Assembly (NCBI GenBank): GCA_902597215.1 | Contig: CACJWU010000002.1 | Coordinates: 30,275-94,274 of the forward strand | Origin: an uncultured Pelagibacteraceae bacterium | GTDB lineage: Bacteria > Pseudomonadota > Alphaproteobacteria > Pelagibacterales > Pelagibacteraceae | Direction of reading: 5' to 3' | Length of the DNA: 64,000 nt | Shown here: piece by piece, positions 46,707 through 58,834 of the stretch | Position numbering within the stretch: the stretch's first letter is position 1 | Layout: each line of letters begins with the position of its first letter | Position numbers and translations under genes: made by a program | The notes under the pieces: model-generated | What the model saw: the letters and a program-made list of their open reading frames with translations, nothing else | What the model was told of the DNA's origin: nothing | The model's database searches: none

Positions 46707-49085
46707 ATGGAAGTAAAATTTTCATTGCCACTTTTACCACTAAGAGACATTGTGGTTTTTCCAAGCATGGTAATTCCGCTTTTTGTAGGAAGAGATAAAT
46801 CAATTTCTGCATTAAATGAGGTAATGAAAAAAGATAAAAAAATAATTTTAGTTACTCAGAAGAATTCAGAAATAGATGATCCAAAAAAGACTGATATTTT
46901 TATGTATGGTTGCGAGGGAAATATACTTCAACTCTTAAAATTACCCGATGGAACAGTTAAAGTTTTGGTAGAAGGTATTAAACGTGTTAAAATTTTAGAT
47001 TTTAAAGACAATGAAAAATTTATAACCTGTGATTATTCAATATTAAATGATGTATTAAACGATGATGAGGATTTATATCCATTAGCAGCTACAGCAATCA
47101 GAAGATTAGAAAAACTAACCTCTATTAATAAAAAAATATCTACTGAAACCATTAATTCAATTAAACAATTAAAAAATCCATCAGAAATTGCAGATAATAT
47201 TGCAACTCATATAACTGCAACAATTTCAGAAAAACAACAAATTTTTGAAACTATAGATGTAAAAAAAAGATTAAATTCAATTATTAAAATTATGGAAAAT
47301 GAGACTAGCATAATTGGGGTGGAAAAAAGAATAAGAGGTCGGGTTAAAAATCAAATGGAAAAGACCCAAAGAGAATATTATTTAAATGAGCAATTAAAAG
47401 CTATTCAAAAAGAATTAGGTGAAATTGAGGATGGTAAAGACGAAAGCACAAGCTTAAACAAAGCTATCATTAAAGCAAAAATGCCAAAAGAGGTAGAAAA
47501 GAAATGTTTACAAGAGTTAAAGAAATTAAAGAATATGAGCCCAATGTCTGCAGAAGCTACAGTTGTAAGAAATTATTTGGATTGGATGACAGAATTACCT
47601 TGGTTTAAGAAAAGTGAAGTTGATATTAATTTAAAAAAAGCTCTGGAAATTTTGGACAAAGATCATTTTGGTTTGGAAAAGGTTAAAGAGCGGATTATTG
47701 AATTTCTTGCAGTTCAAAAAAGAATGGAAAAAATTAAAGGCCCAATATTATGTTTGGTAGGTCCACCAGGTGTTGGTAAAACTTCGTTAGGAAAATCTAT
47801 AGCAAAAGCTACTAATAGAGAATTTGTTAGAATGTCCGTTGGTGGTATGAGAGATGAAGCTGAAATAAGAGGTCACAGAAGAACTTATATTGGATCTTTA
47901 CCTGGAAAAATTATTCAGATGATGAAGAAAGCTGGAACAAAAAATCCATTAATTTTATTAGATGAAATTGATAAAATAGGAAATGATTACAGAGGAGATC
48001 CTTCATCAGCACTACTTGAGGCTTTAGATCCTGAGCAAAATACTACTTTCAACGATCATTACCTTGAAGTTGATTATGATTTGTCTGATGTAATGTTTGT
48101 TACAACAGCTAATACATTAAATATCTTACCTCCACTTTTGGACAGAATGGAAGTTATAAGATTAGCTGGATATACAGAAGATGAAAAGATTAATATTGCA
48201 AACAAATATTTATTACCAAAACAAATTAAAGATAATGGCGTAAAAGAAAATGAAATGAAAATTGATGATGATATTATTAAAGAAGTAATTAGAAGTTATA
48301 CAAAAGAATCTGGAGTAAGAAATTTAGAAAGAGAGATTTCAAAATTAGCTAGAAAAGTTGTAAAAAAGGTTGTTTCTGGTGAACAGAAAGAAGTGAAAAT
48401 AAATAATAAAAATCTTCCAGATTTTCTTGGGGTTCCTAAATTTAAGTCAGGAGAGTTAGAGTCTGAAAATCGTGTAGGCATAGTAACTGGATTAGCTTGG
48501 ACAGAGTATGGTGGAGAAATTTTAAAAATTGAAACTGCAACGATGCCTGGAAAAGGAAGAATGCAAATTACAGGTAAATTAGGTGACGTGATGCAAGAGT
48601 CTGTTAAAGCCGCAAAATCATTTGTAAGATCGAAATGCCTGGAATATGGAATTATTCCTCCATTATTTGAAAAAAAAGATTTTCATATACATGTCCCTGA
48701 GGGTGCAACACCAAAAGATGGTCCCTCAGCTGGTATTGGAATGGTAACTTCTATAGTTTCCTCAATTACAAATATTCCAGTCAAAAGAGATGTTGCGATG
48801 ACTGGTGAAGTAACATTAACTGGTCAAGTTTTACCAATTGGTGGTTTAAAAGAAAAACTTATTGCAGCCCATAGGGCAGGAATTAAAGAAGTTCTAATTC
48901 CTAAAGAAAATGAAAAAGATTTAGTTGATATGCCAAAAAAAATAATTGATGAAATCAAGATCACGCCCGTTGAGTATGCAGATGAAGTTTTAAAAATTGC
49001 ATTAACAAAAGAACTTAAAAAGACAGAGTGGGTTGAAGTTGATATTTCTAAAAAAGACGATAAATCTCAAGCGAGCATTCAGTAA
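46707..49085 (+). CDS. lon: Lon protease
   Basis: LPLRDIVVFP, GPPGVGKTS, PKDGPSAG, IGGLKEK. Confidence 0.99.
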   Translation: MEVKFSLPLLPLRDIVVFPSMVIPLFVGRDKSISALNEVMKKDKKIILVTQKNSEIDDPKKTDIFMYGCEGNILQLLKLPDGTVKVLVEGIKRVKILDFKDNEKFITCDYSILNDVLNDDEDLYPLAATAIRRLEKLTSINKKISTETINSIKQLKNPSEIADNIATHITATISEKQQIFETIDVKKRLNSIIKIMENETSIIGVEKRIRGRVKNQMEKTQREYYLNEQLKAIQKELGEIEDGKDESTSLNKAIIKAKMPKEVEKKCLQELKKLKNMSPMSAEATVVRNYLDWMTELPWFKKSEVDINLKKALEILDKDHFGLEKVKERIIEFLAVQKRMEKIKGPILCLVGPPGVGKTSLGKSIAKATNREFVRMSVGGMRDEAEIRGHRRTYIGSLPGKIIQMMKKAGTKNPLILLDEIDKIGNDYRGDPSSALLEALDPEQNTTFNDHYLEVDYDLSDVMFVTTANTLNILPPLLDRMEVIRLAGYTEDEKINIANKYLLPKQIKDNGVKENEMKIDDDIIKEVIRSYTKESGVRNLEREISKLARKVVKKVVSGEQKEVKINNKNLPDFLGVPKFKSGELESENRVGIVTGLAWTEYGGEILKIETATMPGKGRMQITGKLGDVMQESVKAAKSFVRSKCLEYGIIPPLFEKKDFHIHVPEGATPKDGPSAGIGMVTSIVSSITNIPVKRDVAMTGEVTLTGQVLPIGGLKEKLIAAHRAGIKEVLIPKENEKDLVDMPKKIIDEIKITPVEYADEVLKIALTKELKKTEWVEVDISKKDDKSQASIQ

Positions 49086-50578
49086 ATTTTTTTAGTTAGG
49101 TGGTTGGCCAATCTCTCCGTAAACGCAAGAGATGTTAAAGTTATGTTTGCATGACTTGTTTTTGGAAAAACAGATGGTCCTGTAATATATAAATTTTTTG
49201 TATCCCAAATTTTTAAATTTTTATCTACTACACCATTTTTTTTATCTTTAGAAATTATTAAACCTCCTGAAGAATGATTGGTGTCTCTCAATTTTTTTAT
49301 AAAATTTTGATAATCTAAATTATAAAAATCTTTAGTATTAATTTTGAATATATCTTCTTTTTCATAATGATTTGAAACGTCATTTACAAATTTTTTGATT
49401 ACTAGAAACTCATCTCCATTTAAACTCCATTTTAAATCTACTTTTTTTTTATTTTTTGGAGATAAAAAAATTTTACTTTTACTATTTATCCTTTGTTCAC
49501 ATTGAATATAAAAAAATAATTCCTTATTATTGGAAAATAATAGTTTTTTATGAAGTAGAAAATAAAAAAATTTTTTAGTAAAAAACCAGATATATTTTTT
49601 ATTAAATAAAACTTTAATAAGATTAATCAAATTAATTAAATTTTTATTTAAATAAAATTTTCTTAATGAATTATTAAAGTTTAAATAAAAATTTTCTGAT
49701 TTTGTTTTTATTTCACCACTTATACCATAATTGAAATTATTAATAACATATCTTGATTTAATTTTAGGCTGGTATTTAGAATTAGAAATGAAGCCATTTA
49801 AAAAAATATTATAAAATTTTTGCTTATCTAGAATTTTAATTTTACCAATAAATAAACCAATATGATCTTGGAAAAATTTTCCTAAATTTTGATTTTTTTC
49901 CCAAGGAGAATTTTTTTTTTGATTAAGTAGTAATTGATTATTATTAAAGGTACCACAACAAAAAATAACTACTTTTGGGTAAATTTTTTTAATTTTACCT
50001 TTTGATTTTACAAGAACGAAATTACAAATTTTATTTTTAAAGTTTAATTTAAATATTTCAGTATTAAGCCAAATTTTGTAATCATTGTTTTTAATATTAT
50101 TGATAAAAAAATTTTTAAAATTCGGTTCGTTTAACCAGTGCGTATAAAAATTTACTAAATTTTTAATCTTTATTTTTTTTTGTTTTATTTTTTTTAAAAA
50201 ATCTTTTTGTTTGATATAATTAATATTAAATCTTTTATAAACTAACTGATAGTATTTTTTGATTTCTGAATAACTAATTCCCGGATAACTTTTAACATTA
50301 AAATCTTCTTTATCGAATTCAACTAATTGGCCACCCCATAACGTGCTGTTACCACCCAAACCTATACTTGTATTTTTTTTAAAACCATCATGCTGAGGTA
50401 AAGTTTTGTGATTAGATTTATTTTTTTTGACACTTGCAATTGCACCTCCTTTTTCAATTAAGATTATATTTTTATTAATTTTTTTTAATCTGTCGGCAAG
50501 ATATAACCCGCTTGTGCCCCCACCAACAATTAATACGTCGGTATTGAATATTTTTATTTTATTTTTAGATATAGTCAT
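49079..50578 (-). CDS. GMC-family FAD oxidoreductase (divergent, very AT-rich)
   Basis: DVLIVGGGTSG, GLGGNSTLWGG, GKFFQDH, NHSSGG, GPSVFP...ANITLT. Confidence 0.85.
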   Translation of the reverse strand: MTISKNKIKIFNTDVLIVGGGTSGLYLADRLKKINKNIILIEKGGAIASVKKNKSNHKTLPQHDGFKKNTSIGLGGNSTLWGGQLVEFDKEDFNVKSYPGISYSEIKKYYQLVYKRFNINYIKQKDFLKKIKQKKIKIKNLVNFYTHWLNEPNFKNFFINNIKNNDYKIWLNTEIFKLNFKNKICNFVLVKSKGKIKKIYPKVVIFCCGTFNNNQLLLNQKKNSPWEKNQNLGKFFQDHIGLFIGKIKILDKQKFYNIFLNGFISNSKYQPKIKSRYVINNFNYGISGEIKTKSENFYLNFNNSLRKFYLNKNLINLINLIKVLFNKKYIWFFTKKFFYFLLHKKLLFSNNKELFFYIQCEQRINSKSKIFLSPKNKKKVDLKWSLNGDEFLVIKKFVNDVSNHYEKEDIFKINTKDFYNLDYQNFIKKLRDTNHSSGGLIISKDKKNGVVDKNLKIWDTKNLYITGPSVFPKTSHANITLTSLAFTERLANHLTKKIY

Positions 50579-50582
50579 TTTT

Positions 50583-51803
50583 CTAATATAACTTTAAAAT
50601 TTTTAGTGAAAGTTTTACAGCATACTCTTTTGTAATTCTTTTATGAGTTGGTAGAGTTATCAGCTTATCAGTAAAACTTTGTAAACTTTTATTATTACCA
50701 AATTTTGAAAATCTTTTAATTTTACTACAGTCAGCATAAAAAAAACTTCCAACATCAAAGCCAGATTCTAAAAGTTTATTTTTCATTCTTTGTTTATGTT
50801 TTTTATTTTTAGCTAAAATTAGATAATGCATAAACTCATTATCATTTAAAAATTTTTTATTATCTTCAACTTTTGGAGATGTTATTTTTTTCAATCTATT
50901 AAAATAAATTCCTGATATAAATTTTCTATGCTTTAGATCTAATTCATAATTAAATGTTTTATTGTAAATTTCTTTGATTCCATTATTTGACAAAAGTGAA
51001 AAATAACTTCTATCCATTTTAAAAATTTCATTCAAATACATATTTTTGTTTAATATAAATTTTTGTTTATGAGATAAAAATTTAAGAACTTTAAATGTAA
51101 TTAGATTAAAAATAATTTGATTAGTAATAATGTCAAATTTTATAGTTTGCATAAATTTTTTAAAGTATTGACTCGCAGAAAGTTTTTTCCAATTAGCTGT
51201 TGTTTCAGTTATAAGTTTTTTATATTTTCTTTTATATGTTATGGCTCCACCAAAAAAAAAATTAATAAATTTGAATGTAGAAAAACTATAAACACTAAAA
51301 TCACTCAAACTACCAATATATGCACCACCTGATTTTCCAGAACATGATATTGCGCAATCTTCTACAAGAATAATTTGATTTTTTTTACAAATTTTATAGA
51401 TTAATTTGTAGTTTTTTTGATTAACATGGTAGTGAGTTATTATCAAAGCAGCAGGTTTTTTTTTAATTATTTTATTCAATTCTTTCATTGATAAATTCGT
51501 TGAATTTTTATCATGTTTTAAAAACACAGGTTTGCCTCCTGCACTTATAACTAAATCGATAACCTCCGGTATAGTAAAAGGACTTAAAAATACCAAATTA
51601 TTTTTTGAATTTTTAAGAATAATTTTGATTGCTAAAAAAATACCTGATCTAGCTCTTCCTAAAAATTTAATTTCCTTATTAATATTAAATAAATTCTTTA
51701 TTTTTTTTTTTAATTTTTTTTCTAAATTTTCATCCTTATAGATAAATGATTTAAAATAATTTAGATAATTGATTGAATTTATTACTTGTTTTGGATAATG
51801 CAT
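50583..51803 (-). CDS. DegT/DnrJ/EryC1/StrS family PLP-dependent sugar aminotransferase-like protein
   Basis: FLGRARSG, SPFTIPEV, VEDCA, YSFSTFK, ITLPTH. Confidence 0.82.
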   Translation of the reverse strand: MHYPKQVINSINYLNYFKSFIYKDENLEKKLKKKIKNLFNINKEIKFLGRARSGIFLAIKIILKNSKNNLVFLSPFTIPEVIDLVISAGGKPVFLKHDKNSTNLSMKELNKIIKKKPAALIITHYHVNQKNYKLIYKICKKNQIILVEDCAISCSGKSGGAYIGSLSDFSVYSFSTFKFINFFFGGAITYKRKYKKLITETTANWKKLSASQYFKKFMQTIKFDIITNQIIFNLITFKVLKFLSHKQKFILNKNMYLNEIFKMDRSYFSLLSNNGIKEIYNKTFNYELDLKHRKFISGIYFNRLKKITSPKVEDNKKFLNDNEFMHYLILAKNKKHKQRMKNKLLESGFDVGSFFYADCSKIKRFSKFGNNKSLQSFTDKLITLPTHKRITKEYAVKLSLKILKLY

Positions 51804-51944
51804 TTTTCGATATTAATTGCTTATAACATAATTTAATAATTTAATTATCAATTAAGATCAAAATACTTTTTTAGCCATTATAATAGCTTAATTGGTCTTG
51901 ACGTAGATGTACTAAAAGATATAAAACACAATGTTTTTGGTTTA

Positions 51945-52020
51945 GGGCGGTTAGCTCAGTTGGTAGAGCATCTCGTTTACACCGAGGGGGTCAAAGGTTC
52001 GAGTCCTTTACTGCCCACCA
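51945..52020 (+). tRNA. tRNA-Val(TAC)
   Basis: GGGCGGTTAGCTCAGTTGGTAGAGC, anticodon loop TTTACAC, GGTTCGAGTCC, CCA end. Confidence 0.97.
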
Positions 52021-52036
52021 AAAATGAATCACAAGT

Positions 52037-52113
52037 GGGGGTGTAGCTCAGTTGGTTAGAGCGATCGCCTGTCACGCGATAGGTCGAGGGTTCGAGTCCC
52101 TTCACTCCCGCCA
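52037..52113 (+). tRNA. tRNA-Asp(GTC)
   Basis: GGGGGTGTAGCTCAGTTGGTTAGAGC, anticodon loop CTGTCAC, GGTTCGAGTCC, G-CCA end. Confidence 0.97.
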
Positions 52114-52218
52114 CTTTCCAATAAAACATTGATAATTCTTATCAATTGATCTGTATATTTTGAATAATGTGACCTAACATCACTTCATATGCTTATAAAA
52201 AATGATATATATTCCACC

Positions 52219-52587
52219 ATGACTGCGGATTTTTTAAAAGACTACTTACCTATAATATTATTCTTATTTATCGCACTAGGATTAAGTTGTGCGTTTATAG
52301 TTCTGAATTTTATCTTATCTCCAAAAAATCCAGATCCAGAGAAATTATCTGCTTACGAGTGTGGATTTGAGCCATTTCAAGACTCAAGAATGGAATTTGA
52401 TGTAAGATTTTATCTTGTAGCAATATTATTTATTATTTTTGATCTTGAGATAGCATTCTTGTTTCCGTGGGCAATTTCTTTAGGAAATATCGGTATTTTA
52501 GGTTTTATGTCAATGATGATTTTCTTATTCATACTTACTATAGGATTTATTTATGAATGGAAAAAAGGTGCATTAGACTGGGAATAA
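52219..52587 (+). CDS. nuoA: NADH-quinone oxidoreductase subunit A
   Basis: [30 protein letters not shown]. Start re-called at MTADFL. Confidence 0.97.
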   Translation: MTADFLKDYLPIILFLFIALGLSCAFIVLNFILSPKNPDPEKLSAYECGFEPFQDSRMEFDVRFYLVAILFIIFDLEIAFLFPWAISLGNIGILGFMSMMIFLFILTIGFIYEWKKGALDWE

Positions 52588-52597
52588 AGTTTTTTAA

Positions 52598-53113
52598 ATG
52601 AACAACAAGTTAAATCAAGTACCAAATGAATTTAAACAAATTGCTGAAGATTTCAGTAAGAATGGATTTATAACGACCTCATTAGAAAACTTAGTAAATT
52701 GGTCGAGATCTGGTTCATTACATTGGATGACTTTTGGTCTTGCATGTTGTGCTGTTGAAATGATGCAAACAGCAATGCCAAGATATGATCTTGAAAGATT
52801 TGGTGCCGCCCCAAGAGGGTCGCCAAGACAATCCGATGTGATGATTGTTGCTGGAACTTTAACAAATAAAATGGCTCCAGCTTTAAGAAAAGTTTATGAT
52901 CAGATGCCAGAGCCAAGATATGTTATATCAATGGGTAGTTGTGCTAATGGTGGTGGTTATTATCATTATTCTTATTCTGTTGTAAGAGGATGTGATCGTA
53001 TTGTACCAGTTGATGTTTATGTGCCTGGTTGTCCACCATCAGCTGAAGCCTTACTTTACGGAATAATGCAATTACAAAAAAAAATTAGAAACAAAGGTTC
53101 GTTTGGTAGGTGA
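52598..53113 (+). CDS. nuoB: NADH-quinone oxidoreductase subunit B
   Basis: [23 protein letters not shown]. Confidence 0.98.
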   Translation: MNNKLNQVPNEFKQIAEDFSKNGFITTSLENLVNWSRSGSLHWMTFGLACCAVEMMQTAMPRYDLERFGAAPRGSPRQSDVMIVAGTLTNKMAPALRKVYDQMPEPRYVISMGSCANGGGYYHYSYSVVRGCDRIVPVDVYVPGCPPSAEALLYGIMQLQKKIRNKGSFGR

Positions 53114-53114
53114 T

Positions 53115-53720
53115 ATGGAAAATTTAATTGATTTGGAAAAAAAAATAAATTCAGAGCTTACTACTAAAATAAATAAGACATCAATTAAACATAATCAAAT
53201 TTTTGTTCAAATTGATAAAGAAGATTTAATCGATGTTGTTTTGTTTTTGAAAACAAACAAAAATTTTAAATTTCGACAATTAATTGATATTACAGTTGTA
53301 GATTATCCTGAGGAAACAAATAGATTTAAAATTGTATATTTATTTTTAAGTCATGAGTTTAATCAAAGAATGATCATGAGCTATTTTATTAATGAGAATG
53401 AAGTTATACCCTCTTTAACAAGCATATTTCCCTCAGCTAATTGGATGGAGAGAGAAGTTTTCGATATGTATGGTGTAAATTTCAAAGATCATCCAGACCT
53501 GAGAAGGATACTCACAGACTACGGTTTTGAAGGACACCCATTAAGAAAAGATTTTCCCTTAACTGGTCATTTAGAGGTTAGATACAGTGAAGAGAAAAAA
53601 AAAGTTATAAATGAACCTGTCAAATTAGAGCAAAATTATAGAAATTTTGATTATGAAAGTCCTTGGGAAGGAACAAAATATATTAAAGAGATTTCAGAAA
53701 CTAATGACAAAAAAAATTAA
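53115..53720 (+). CDS. nuoC: NADH-quinone oxidoreductase subunit C
   Basis: [27 protein letters not shown]. Confidence 0.97.
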   Translation: MENLIDLEKKINSELTTKINKTSIKHNQIFVQIDKEDLIDVVLFLKTNKNFKFRQLIDITVVDYPEETNRFKIVYLFLSHEFNQRMIMSYFINENEVIPSLTSIFPSANWMEREVFDMYGVNFKDHPDLRRILTDYGFEGHPLRKDFPLTGHLEVRYSEEKKKVINEPVKLEQNYRNFDYESPWEGTKYIKEISETNDKKN

Positions 53721-54879
53721 AAATTTAAATCTAAATTTTGGACCTCAACATCCTGCGGCTCATGGTGTTCTAAGGTTGATACTTGAGTTAGATGGTGAAG
53801 TTGTGGAAAAAGCTGATCCACATATTGGTTTATTGCATCGAGGAACAGAAAAATTAATCGAAAATAAAACTTACATGCAAGCAGTTCCATATTTTGATCG
53901 TCTTGATTATGTTGCACCCATGAATCAAGAACATGCATTTGCTTTAGCTATTGAAAAGATTTTAAAAATTGACGTTCCAATAAGAGCACAATACATACGT
54001 GTCATGTTTTGTGAAATTGGAAGAATATTAAGTCATATATTAAATGTTACTACTCAAGCGCTTGATGTAGGGGCTTTAACTCCATCTTTATGGGGATTTG
54101 AAGAAAGAGAAACATTAATGACTTTCTATGAACGTGCATCTGGATCAAGACTACACGCAAATTATTTTAGAGCAGGTGGAGTTCATCAAGATTTACCTGC
54201 AGGTTTAGAAAATGATATTGCAAAATTTTGTGAAACTTTTCCAAAAATAATAAATGATCTTGAGAACCTTCTAACAGATAATAGAATATTTAAACAAAGA
54301 AACGTTGATATAGGTGTTGTTACTAAGGATGATGCACTAGATTATTCTTTCAGTGGTGTAATGATCAGGGGTTCAGGCGTGCCATGGGATCTCAGAAAAT
54401 CACAACCTTATGATTGCTATGATCAATTAGAATTTAAAATTCCTGTAGGTAAAAATGGTGATTGTTATGATCGATATCTATGCAGAATTGAAGAAATGAA
54501 AGAGAGTGTCTCAATCATAAAACAATGTTTAGCAAGAATGCAAAAAGGTCCAATTAAAGCTTTTGATGGAAAAATTTCACCTCCTTCTAAAAAAGAGATA
54601 AAACAGTCAATGGAAGCTTTAATTCATCATTTTAAATTATTTACTGAAGGATACCGTGTACCCGAGGATGAAATTTATACGGCTGTTGAAGCACCTAAAG
54701 GAGAATTTGGTGTTTATTTAATTTCGGATGGATCAAGTAAACCATATAAATGTAAAATTAGAGCGCCAGGGTTTTCTCATTTACAATCAATGGACTATTT
54801 AATTAAAGGTCATATGTTGGCAGATGTTCCTGCAGTATTAGGTTCTCTCGATATAGTTTTTGGAGAGGTTGACAGATGA
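53704..54879 (+). CDS. nuoD: NADH-quinone oxidoreductase subunit D
   Basis: [14 protein letters not shown] and DIVFGEVDR. Start re-called at MTKKIK. Confidence 0.98.
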   Translation: MTKKIKNLNLNFGPQHPAAHGVLRLILELDGEVVEKADPHIGLLHRGTEKLIENKTYMQAVPYFDRLDYVAPMNQEHAFALAIEKILKIDVPIRAQYIRVMFCEIGRILSHILNVTTQALDVGALTPSLWGFEERETLMTFYERASGSRLHANYFRAGGVHQDLPAGLENDIAKFCETFPKIINDLENLLTDNRIFKQRNVDIGVVTKDDALDYSFSGVMIRGSGVPWDLRKSQPYDCYDQLEFKIPVGKNGDCYDRYLCRIEEMKESVSIIKQCLARMQKGPIKAFDGKISPPSKKEIKQSMEALIHHFKLFTEGYRVPEDEIYTAVEAPKGEFGVYLISDGSSKPYKCKIRAPGFSHLQSMDYLIKGHMLADVPAVLGSLDIVFGEVDR

Positions 54880-55484
54880 GTTTAAGAAGACCTGCAAAAA
54901 ATCAACCTGAAAATTTTGAATTTAATTCTTCTTCATTAGAAGCGGCAAAAAGTATTGTAGCTAATTATCCAGAGGGTAAACAGCAAAGTGCAGTAATGGC
55001 ATTACTTTATATTGCTCAAAAACAAAATGATAACTGGATACCACTAGCAGCAATGAAGTACATCGCAAAATTTTTAGATATGCCATATATAAAAGTTTAT
55101 GAAGTTGCTACTTTCTATAGCATGTATAATTTATCTCCAGTAGGGAAATATTTTGTTCAAGTGTGCACAACAACTCCATGCATGATAAGAGGTGCAAATA
55201 AGTTAGTGGAAGCATGTAAGGAAAAAATTTCAGAAAATGAGTCAGAACTTTCAAATAATAAGAATTGTTCATGGATGGAAGTAGAATGTCTAGGTGCGTG
55301 TGTTAATGCTCCGATGATGCAAATAAATGATGATTATTATGAAGATCTTGATAAAGAAAAAACTTTAAAAATATTAGATAAAGTTTTAAATGGGGAAAAA
55401 CCTGTACCTGGTTCTTATAGAGGTAGAGTCAATAATGGACCTGAAAATAATAGAAAAACATTAATGGATCTAAAAAATGCTTAA
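54876..55484 (+). CDS. nuoE: NADH-quinone oxidoreductase subunit E
   Basis: [24 protein letters not shown]. Confidence 0.98.
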   Translation: MSLRRPAKNQPENFEFNSSSLEAAKSIVANYPEGKQQSAVMALLYIAQKQNDNWIPLAAMKYIAKFLDMPYIKVYEVATFYSMYNLSPVGKYFVQVCTTTPCMIRGANKLVEACKEKISENESELSNNKNCSWMEVECLGACVNAPMMQINDDYYEDLDKEKTLKILDKVLNGEKPVPGSYRGRVNNGPENNRKTLMDLKNA

Positions 55485-56805
55485 AGATCAAGATAGAATT
55501 TTTCAAAATTTATATAACGATTTAGGACCTGATTTAATCTCTTCTCAAAAAAGAGGTGACTGGATAAATACTAAAGAAATAACTGAAAAAGGTAGAGATT
55601 GGATTATTAATGAAATTAAAGACTCGCAACTTAGAGGAAGAGGTGGAGCAGGTTTTCCAACAGGATTAAAATGGTCATTCGCACCTAAAGAGATTGGATC
55701 CCGACCACATTACTTAGTAATTAACGGAGATGAATCAGAACCAGGCACTTGTAAAGATAGAGATATTTTAAGATTTGAACCTCACAAATTAATCGAAGGC
55801 TGTTTGATAGCTTCTTATGCGATCCAAGCTCATGTCTGTTATATTTATATAAGAGGAGAATATTTTATAGATGGGCAAAAACTACAAAAGGCAATTGATG
55901 AAGCATACGAAAAAAAATTATTAGGAAAAAATGCTGCTGGTACAGGATGGGATTTAGATATTTATATTCATTATGGAGCTGGAGCTTATATATGTGGAGA
56001 AGAGACAGCACTACTTGAGAGTATAGAAGGAAAAAAAGGTCAACCTAGATTAAAACCTCCTTTTCCAGCATTAATCGGCCTATATGGGTGCCCAACAATA
56101 ATTAATAATGTTGAAACTATAGCAGTAGTTCCAACTATTCTTAGAAGAGGAGGAAAATGGTTTGCATCTTTAGGAAGAGAAAAAAATACTGGAACTAAAA
56201 TATTTTGTATATCAGGTAATGTGAATAATCCTTGTAATGTTGAAGAAGAAATGAACATTCCTCTAAAAGAATTAATTGAGGTCCACGCTGGAGGTGTTAT
56301 TGGTGGTTGGGATAATTTACAAGCTGTAATTCCCGGTGGATCCTCAATGCCATTAATTCCAAAAGATAAATGTGAAACATTAACCATGGATTTTGACTCG
56401 TTAATGGCAGAAAAAAGTGGATTAGGGACAGCAGGTGTTGTTGTAATTAACAAAGATCAGGACATAATTAGATGTATGGCTAGAATTGCAAGATTTTATA
56501 AGCATGAAAGCTGTGGACAGTGTACACCTTGTAGAGAAGGTTCAGGTTGGATGTGGAGAATGCTTGAAAGAATGTCGAGAGGAGAAGCATCAAAAGATGA
56601 AATAGAAATGTTAGGTGACGTAACAAAACAAATAGAGGGACATACAATTTGTGCTTTTGGTGAAGGATCATCTTGGCCTGTTCAAGGTTTGTTGAGACAT
56701 TTTAAAGATGAAATTAAAAAAAGAAATAAATTTGACCCGATTGTAAAAGAAAATAAAGATATTCCATATTTAGTAGATCAACACTTACTGGACAAAAATG
56801 CTTAA
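55477..56805 (+). CDS. nuoF: NADH-quinone oxidoreductase subunit F
   Basis: [30 protein letters not shown]. Confidence 0.98.
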   Translation: MLKDQDRIFQNLYNDLGPDLISSQKRGDWINTKEITEKGRDWIINEIKDSQLRGRGGAGFPTGLKWSFAPKEIGSRPHYLVINGDESEPGTCKDRDILRFEPHKLIEGCLIASYAIQAHVCYIYIRGEYFIDGQKLQKAIDEAYEKKLLGKNAAGTGWDLDIYIHYGAGAYICGEETALLESIEGKKGQPRLKPPFPALIGLYGCPTIINNVETIAVVPTILRRGGKWFASLGREKNTGTKIFCISGNVNNPCNVEEEMNIPLKELIEVHAGGVIGGWDNLQAVIPGGSSMPLIPKDKCETLTMDFDSLMAEKSGLGTAGVVVINKDQDIIRCMARIARFYKHESCGQCTPCREGSGWMWRMLERMSRGEASKDEIEMLGDVTKQIEGHTICAFGEGSSWPVQGLLRHFKDEIKKRNKFDPIVKENKDIPYLVDQHLLDKNA

Positions 56806-58831
56806 ATTAAAAGTTAATGATATTGATGTTGAGGTTGAGGAAGGGTTGACCGTTCTTCAAGCTTGTGAGAAAGCAGGAGTAGAAATTCCAAGATTTTGTT
56901 ATCACGAAAAATTATCAATAGCTGGTAATTGTAGAATGTGCTTAGTCGAAATGGAAAAATCTCCTAAACCAATAGCATCATGTGCTATGCCTGCAGCAGA
57001 AGGAATGGTGATTAAAACTAATACGCCAAAAATTGAAAAATCAAGAAAGGGTGTGATGGAGTTTTTATTAGCAAATCATCCTTTAGATTGTCCTGTTTGT
57101 GATCAAGGAGGAGAATGTGATCTTCAAGATCAATCTATGTTTTATGGAATAGATAAGTCTAGATTTAAAGAGAACAAAAGAGCAGTGCCTGATAAGAATA
57201 TGGGTCCATTGATTAAGACCCAAATGACAAGATGCATACATTGTACTCGATGTGTAAGATTTGCAACTGAGATAGCAGGAGTGCCGGAACTAGGAGCAAT
57301 AGGAAGAGGTGAAGATATGCAAATAACTACTTATCTAGAAGAATCTGTTCAATCTGAATTGTCTGGAAATGTGATCGACCTTTGTCCAGTTGGAGCACTT
57401 ACTTCTAAACCTTATGTTTTTGAAGCTAGGCCCTGGGAATTAAAAAAAACTGAAACAATTGATGTTATGGATGCAGTAGGTTCAAATATTAGAGTGGATA
57501 CATATGATTGGGAAGTAAAAAGAGTTTTACCACTCATTAACGAAGATATAAATGAGGAATGGATTTCAGATAAAACAAGATATGCATGTGATGGATTATT
57601 AAACCAAAGGTTAGATACTCCATATATAAGATATAATAACAAGTTTGAAAAAGCTTCTTGGAATGAAGTTTATAAAATCATTAAATCAAAAATAGAAAAT
57701 ACAAATAAAGATAAAATATGTGGTTTTGTAGGTGATCTCACTAATATGGAAACAAGTTTTATTTTTAAGGAATTCTTAGAAAGAACAATCGACTGTAAAA
57801 AATATGATTATAGATCTACAAAAAACTTTATTGATTATTCGTTAAGAGAAAATTATCTGTTTAACTCATCTATAAATGGAATTGAGCATGCAGATTTGAT
57901 TTTATTGATAGGCACAAATCCAAGATTTGAAGCAACAATGGTTAATGCCAGAATAAGAAAAGCATACGTTAATAGTGGTACAAAGGTTATTTCACTGAAT
58001 AATGTTGGTGACTTAACCTATAATTATCAAAGTCTGGATGGCAAAACTCAAACTATTGAAGACATATCTAATGATAATAATGAATTAACAAAAAAAATTG
58101 TAGACGCAAAAAAACCAATGATTATATTTGGGGAGTCATTCTTCAAAATTAATTCAGCAAGTTATTTATTTAATTTATTCAAACAATTTTTATCAAAAAA
58201 TAAAAAAATTACTGATGATTGGAATCCAATTAATATATTATCGGTAGATGCATCCACAGTTGGAAATTTAGACTTAGATATAGTTGATAAGAGTAATAAA
58301 ATTATAGAGGATTTAAATGAAAATAAATTTGAAATTATTTTTTTACTTGGACAAGATAATTTAAACTTCAAAAAGAAAGATGAGTTTATCATTTATCAGG
58401 GTAGCCATGGAGACAAAGGTGCAGAAATTGCAGATATTATTTTACCAGGTGCAGCCTACACTGAACAATCGGGTCACTATACTAACTTAGAGGGCAAAGT
58501 TCAAAAAGCTTTTAAAGCGTCATATCCTCCTGGAGATGCAAAAGAAGATTGGCAAATTATCAACGATCTTGCAGAAGTGATGAACAAAAGAAAACTTTTT
58601 AATGACAAAGATGAACTTGAAAGTAGCATGTTTAATTATCTAAAAATTAAACAAGATCAAAAAAATTCAGAATTAATTGAAAAAAATTATGAAAATAATT
58701 TTACCAACGAAACTCTTAAAATTGAATTTAAAGATTATTATTTCTCTAATGTTATTGCTCGTTCATCAAAAACTATGTTTGAATGTAATAATTCTAAATT
58801 AGATTTTAAAAAAACAGGTACTGAAGGTTAA
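56798..58831 (+). CDS. nuoG: NADH-quinone oxidoreductase subunit G
   Basis: [36 protein letters not shown]. Confidence 0.98.
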   Translation: MLKLKVNDIDVEVEEGLTVLQACEKAGVEIPRFCYHEKLSIAGNCRMCLVEMEKSPKPIASCAMPAAEGMVIKTNTPKIEKSRKGVMEFLLANHPLDCPVCDQGGECDLQDQSMFYGIDKSRFKENKRAVPDKNMGPLIKTQMTRCIHCTRCVRFATEIAGVPELGAIGRGEDMQITTYLEESVQSELSGNVIDLCPVGALTSKPYVFEARPWELKKTETIDVMDAVGSNIRVDTYDWEVKRVLPLINEDINEEWISDKTRYACDGLLNQRLDTPYIRYNNKFEKASWNEVYKIIKSKIENTNKDKICGFVGDLTNMETSFIFKEFLERTIDCKKYDYRSTKNFIDYSLRENYLFNSSINGIEHADLILLIGTNPRFEATMVNARIRKAYVNSGTKVISLNNVGDLTYNYQSLDGKTQTIEDISNDNNELTKKIVDAKKPMIIFGESFFKINSASYLFNLFKQFLSKNKKITDDWNPINILSVDASTVGNLDLDIVDKSNKIIEDLNENKFEIIFLLGQDNLNFKKKDEFIIYQGSHGDKGAEIADIILPGAAYTEQSGHYTNLEGKVQKAFKASYPPGDAKEDWQIINDLAEVMNKRKLFNDKDELESSMFNYLKIKQDQKNSELIEKNYENNFTNETLKIEFKDYYFSNVIARSSKTMFECNNSKLDFKKTGTEG

Positions 58832-58834
58832 TTA

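Noticed and set aside
49079-52113. Prophage or integrative element at tRNA-Val/Asp
   Set aside because: No integrase, phage genes or duplicated tRNA 3' end. The islet lies 5' of the tRNAs.
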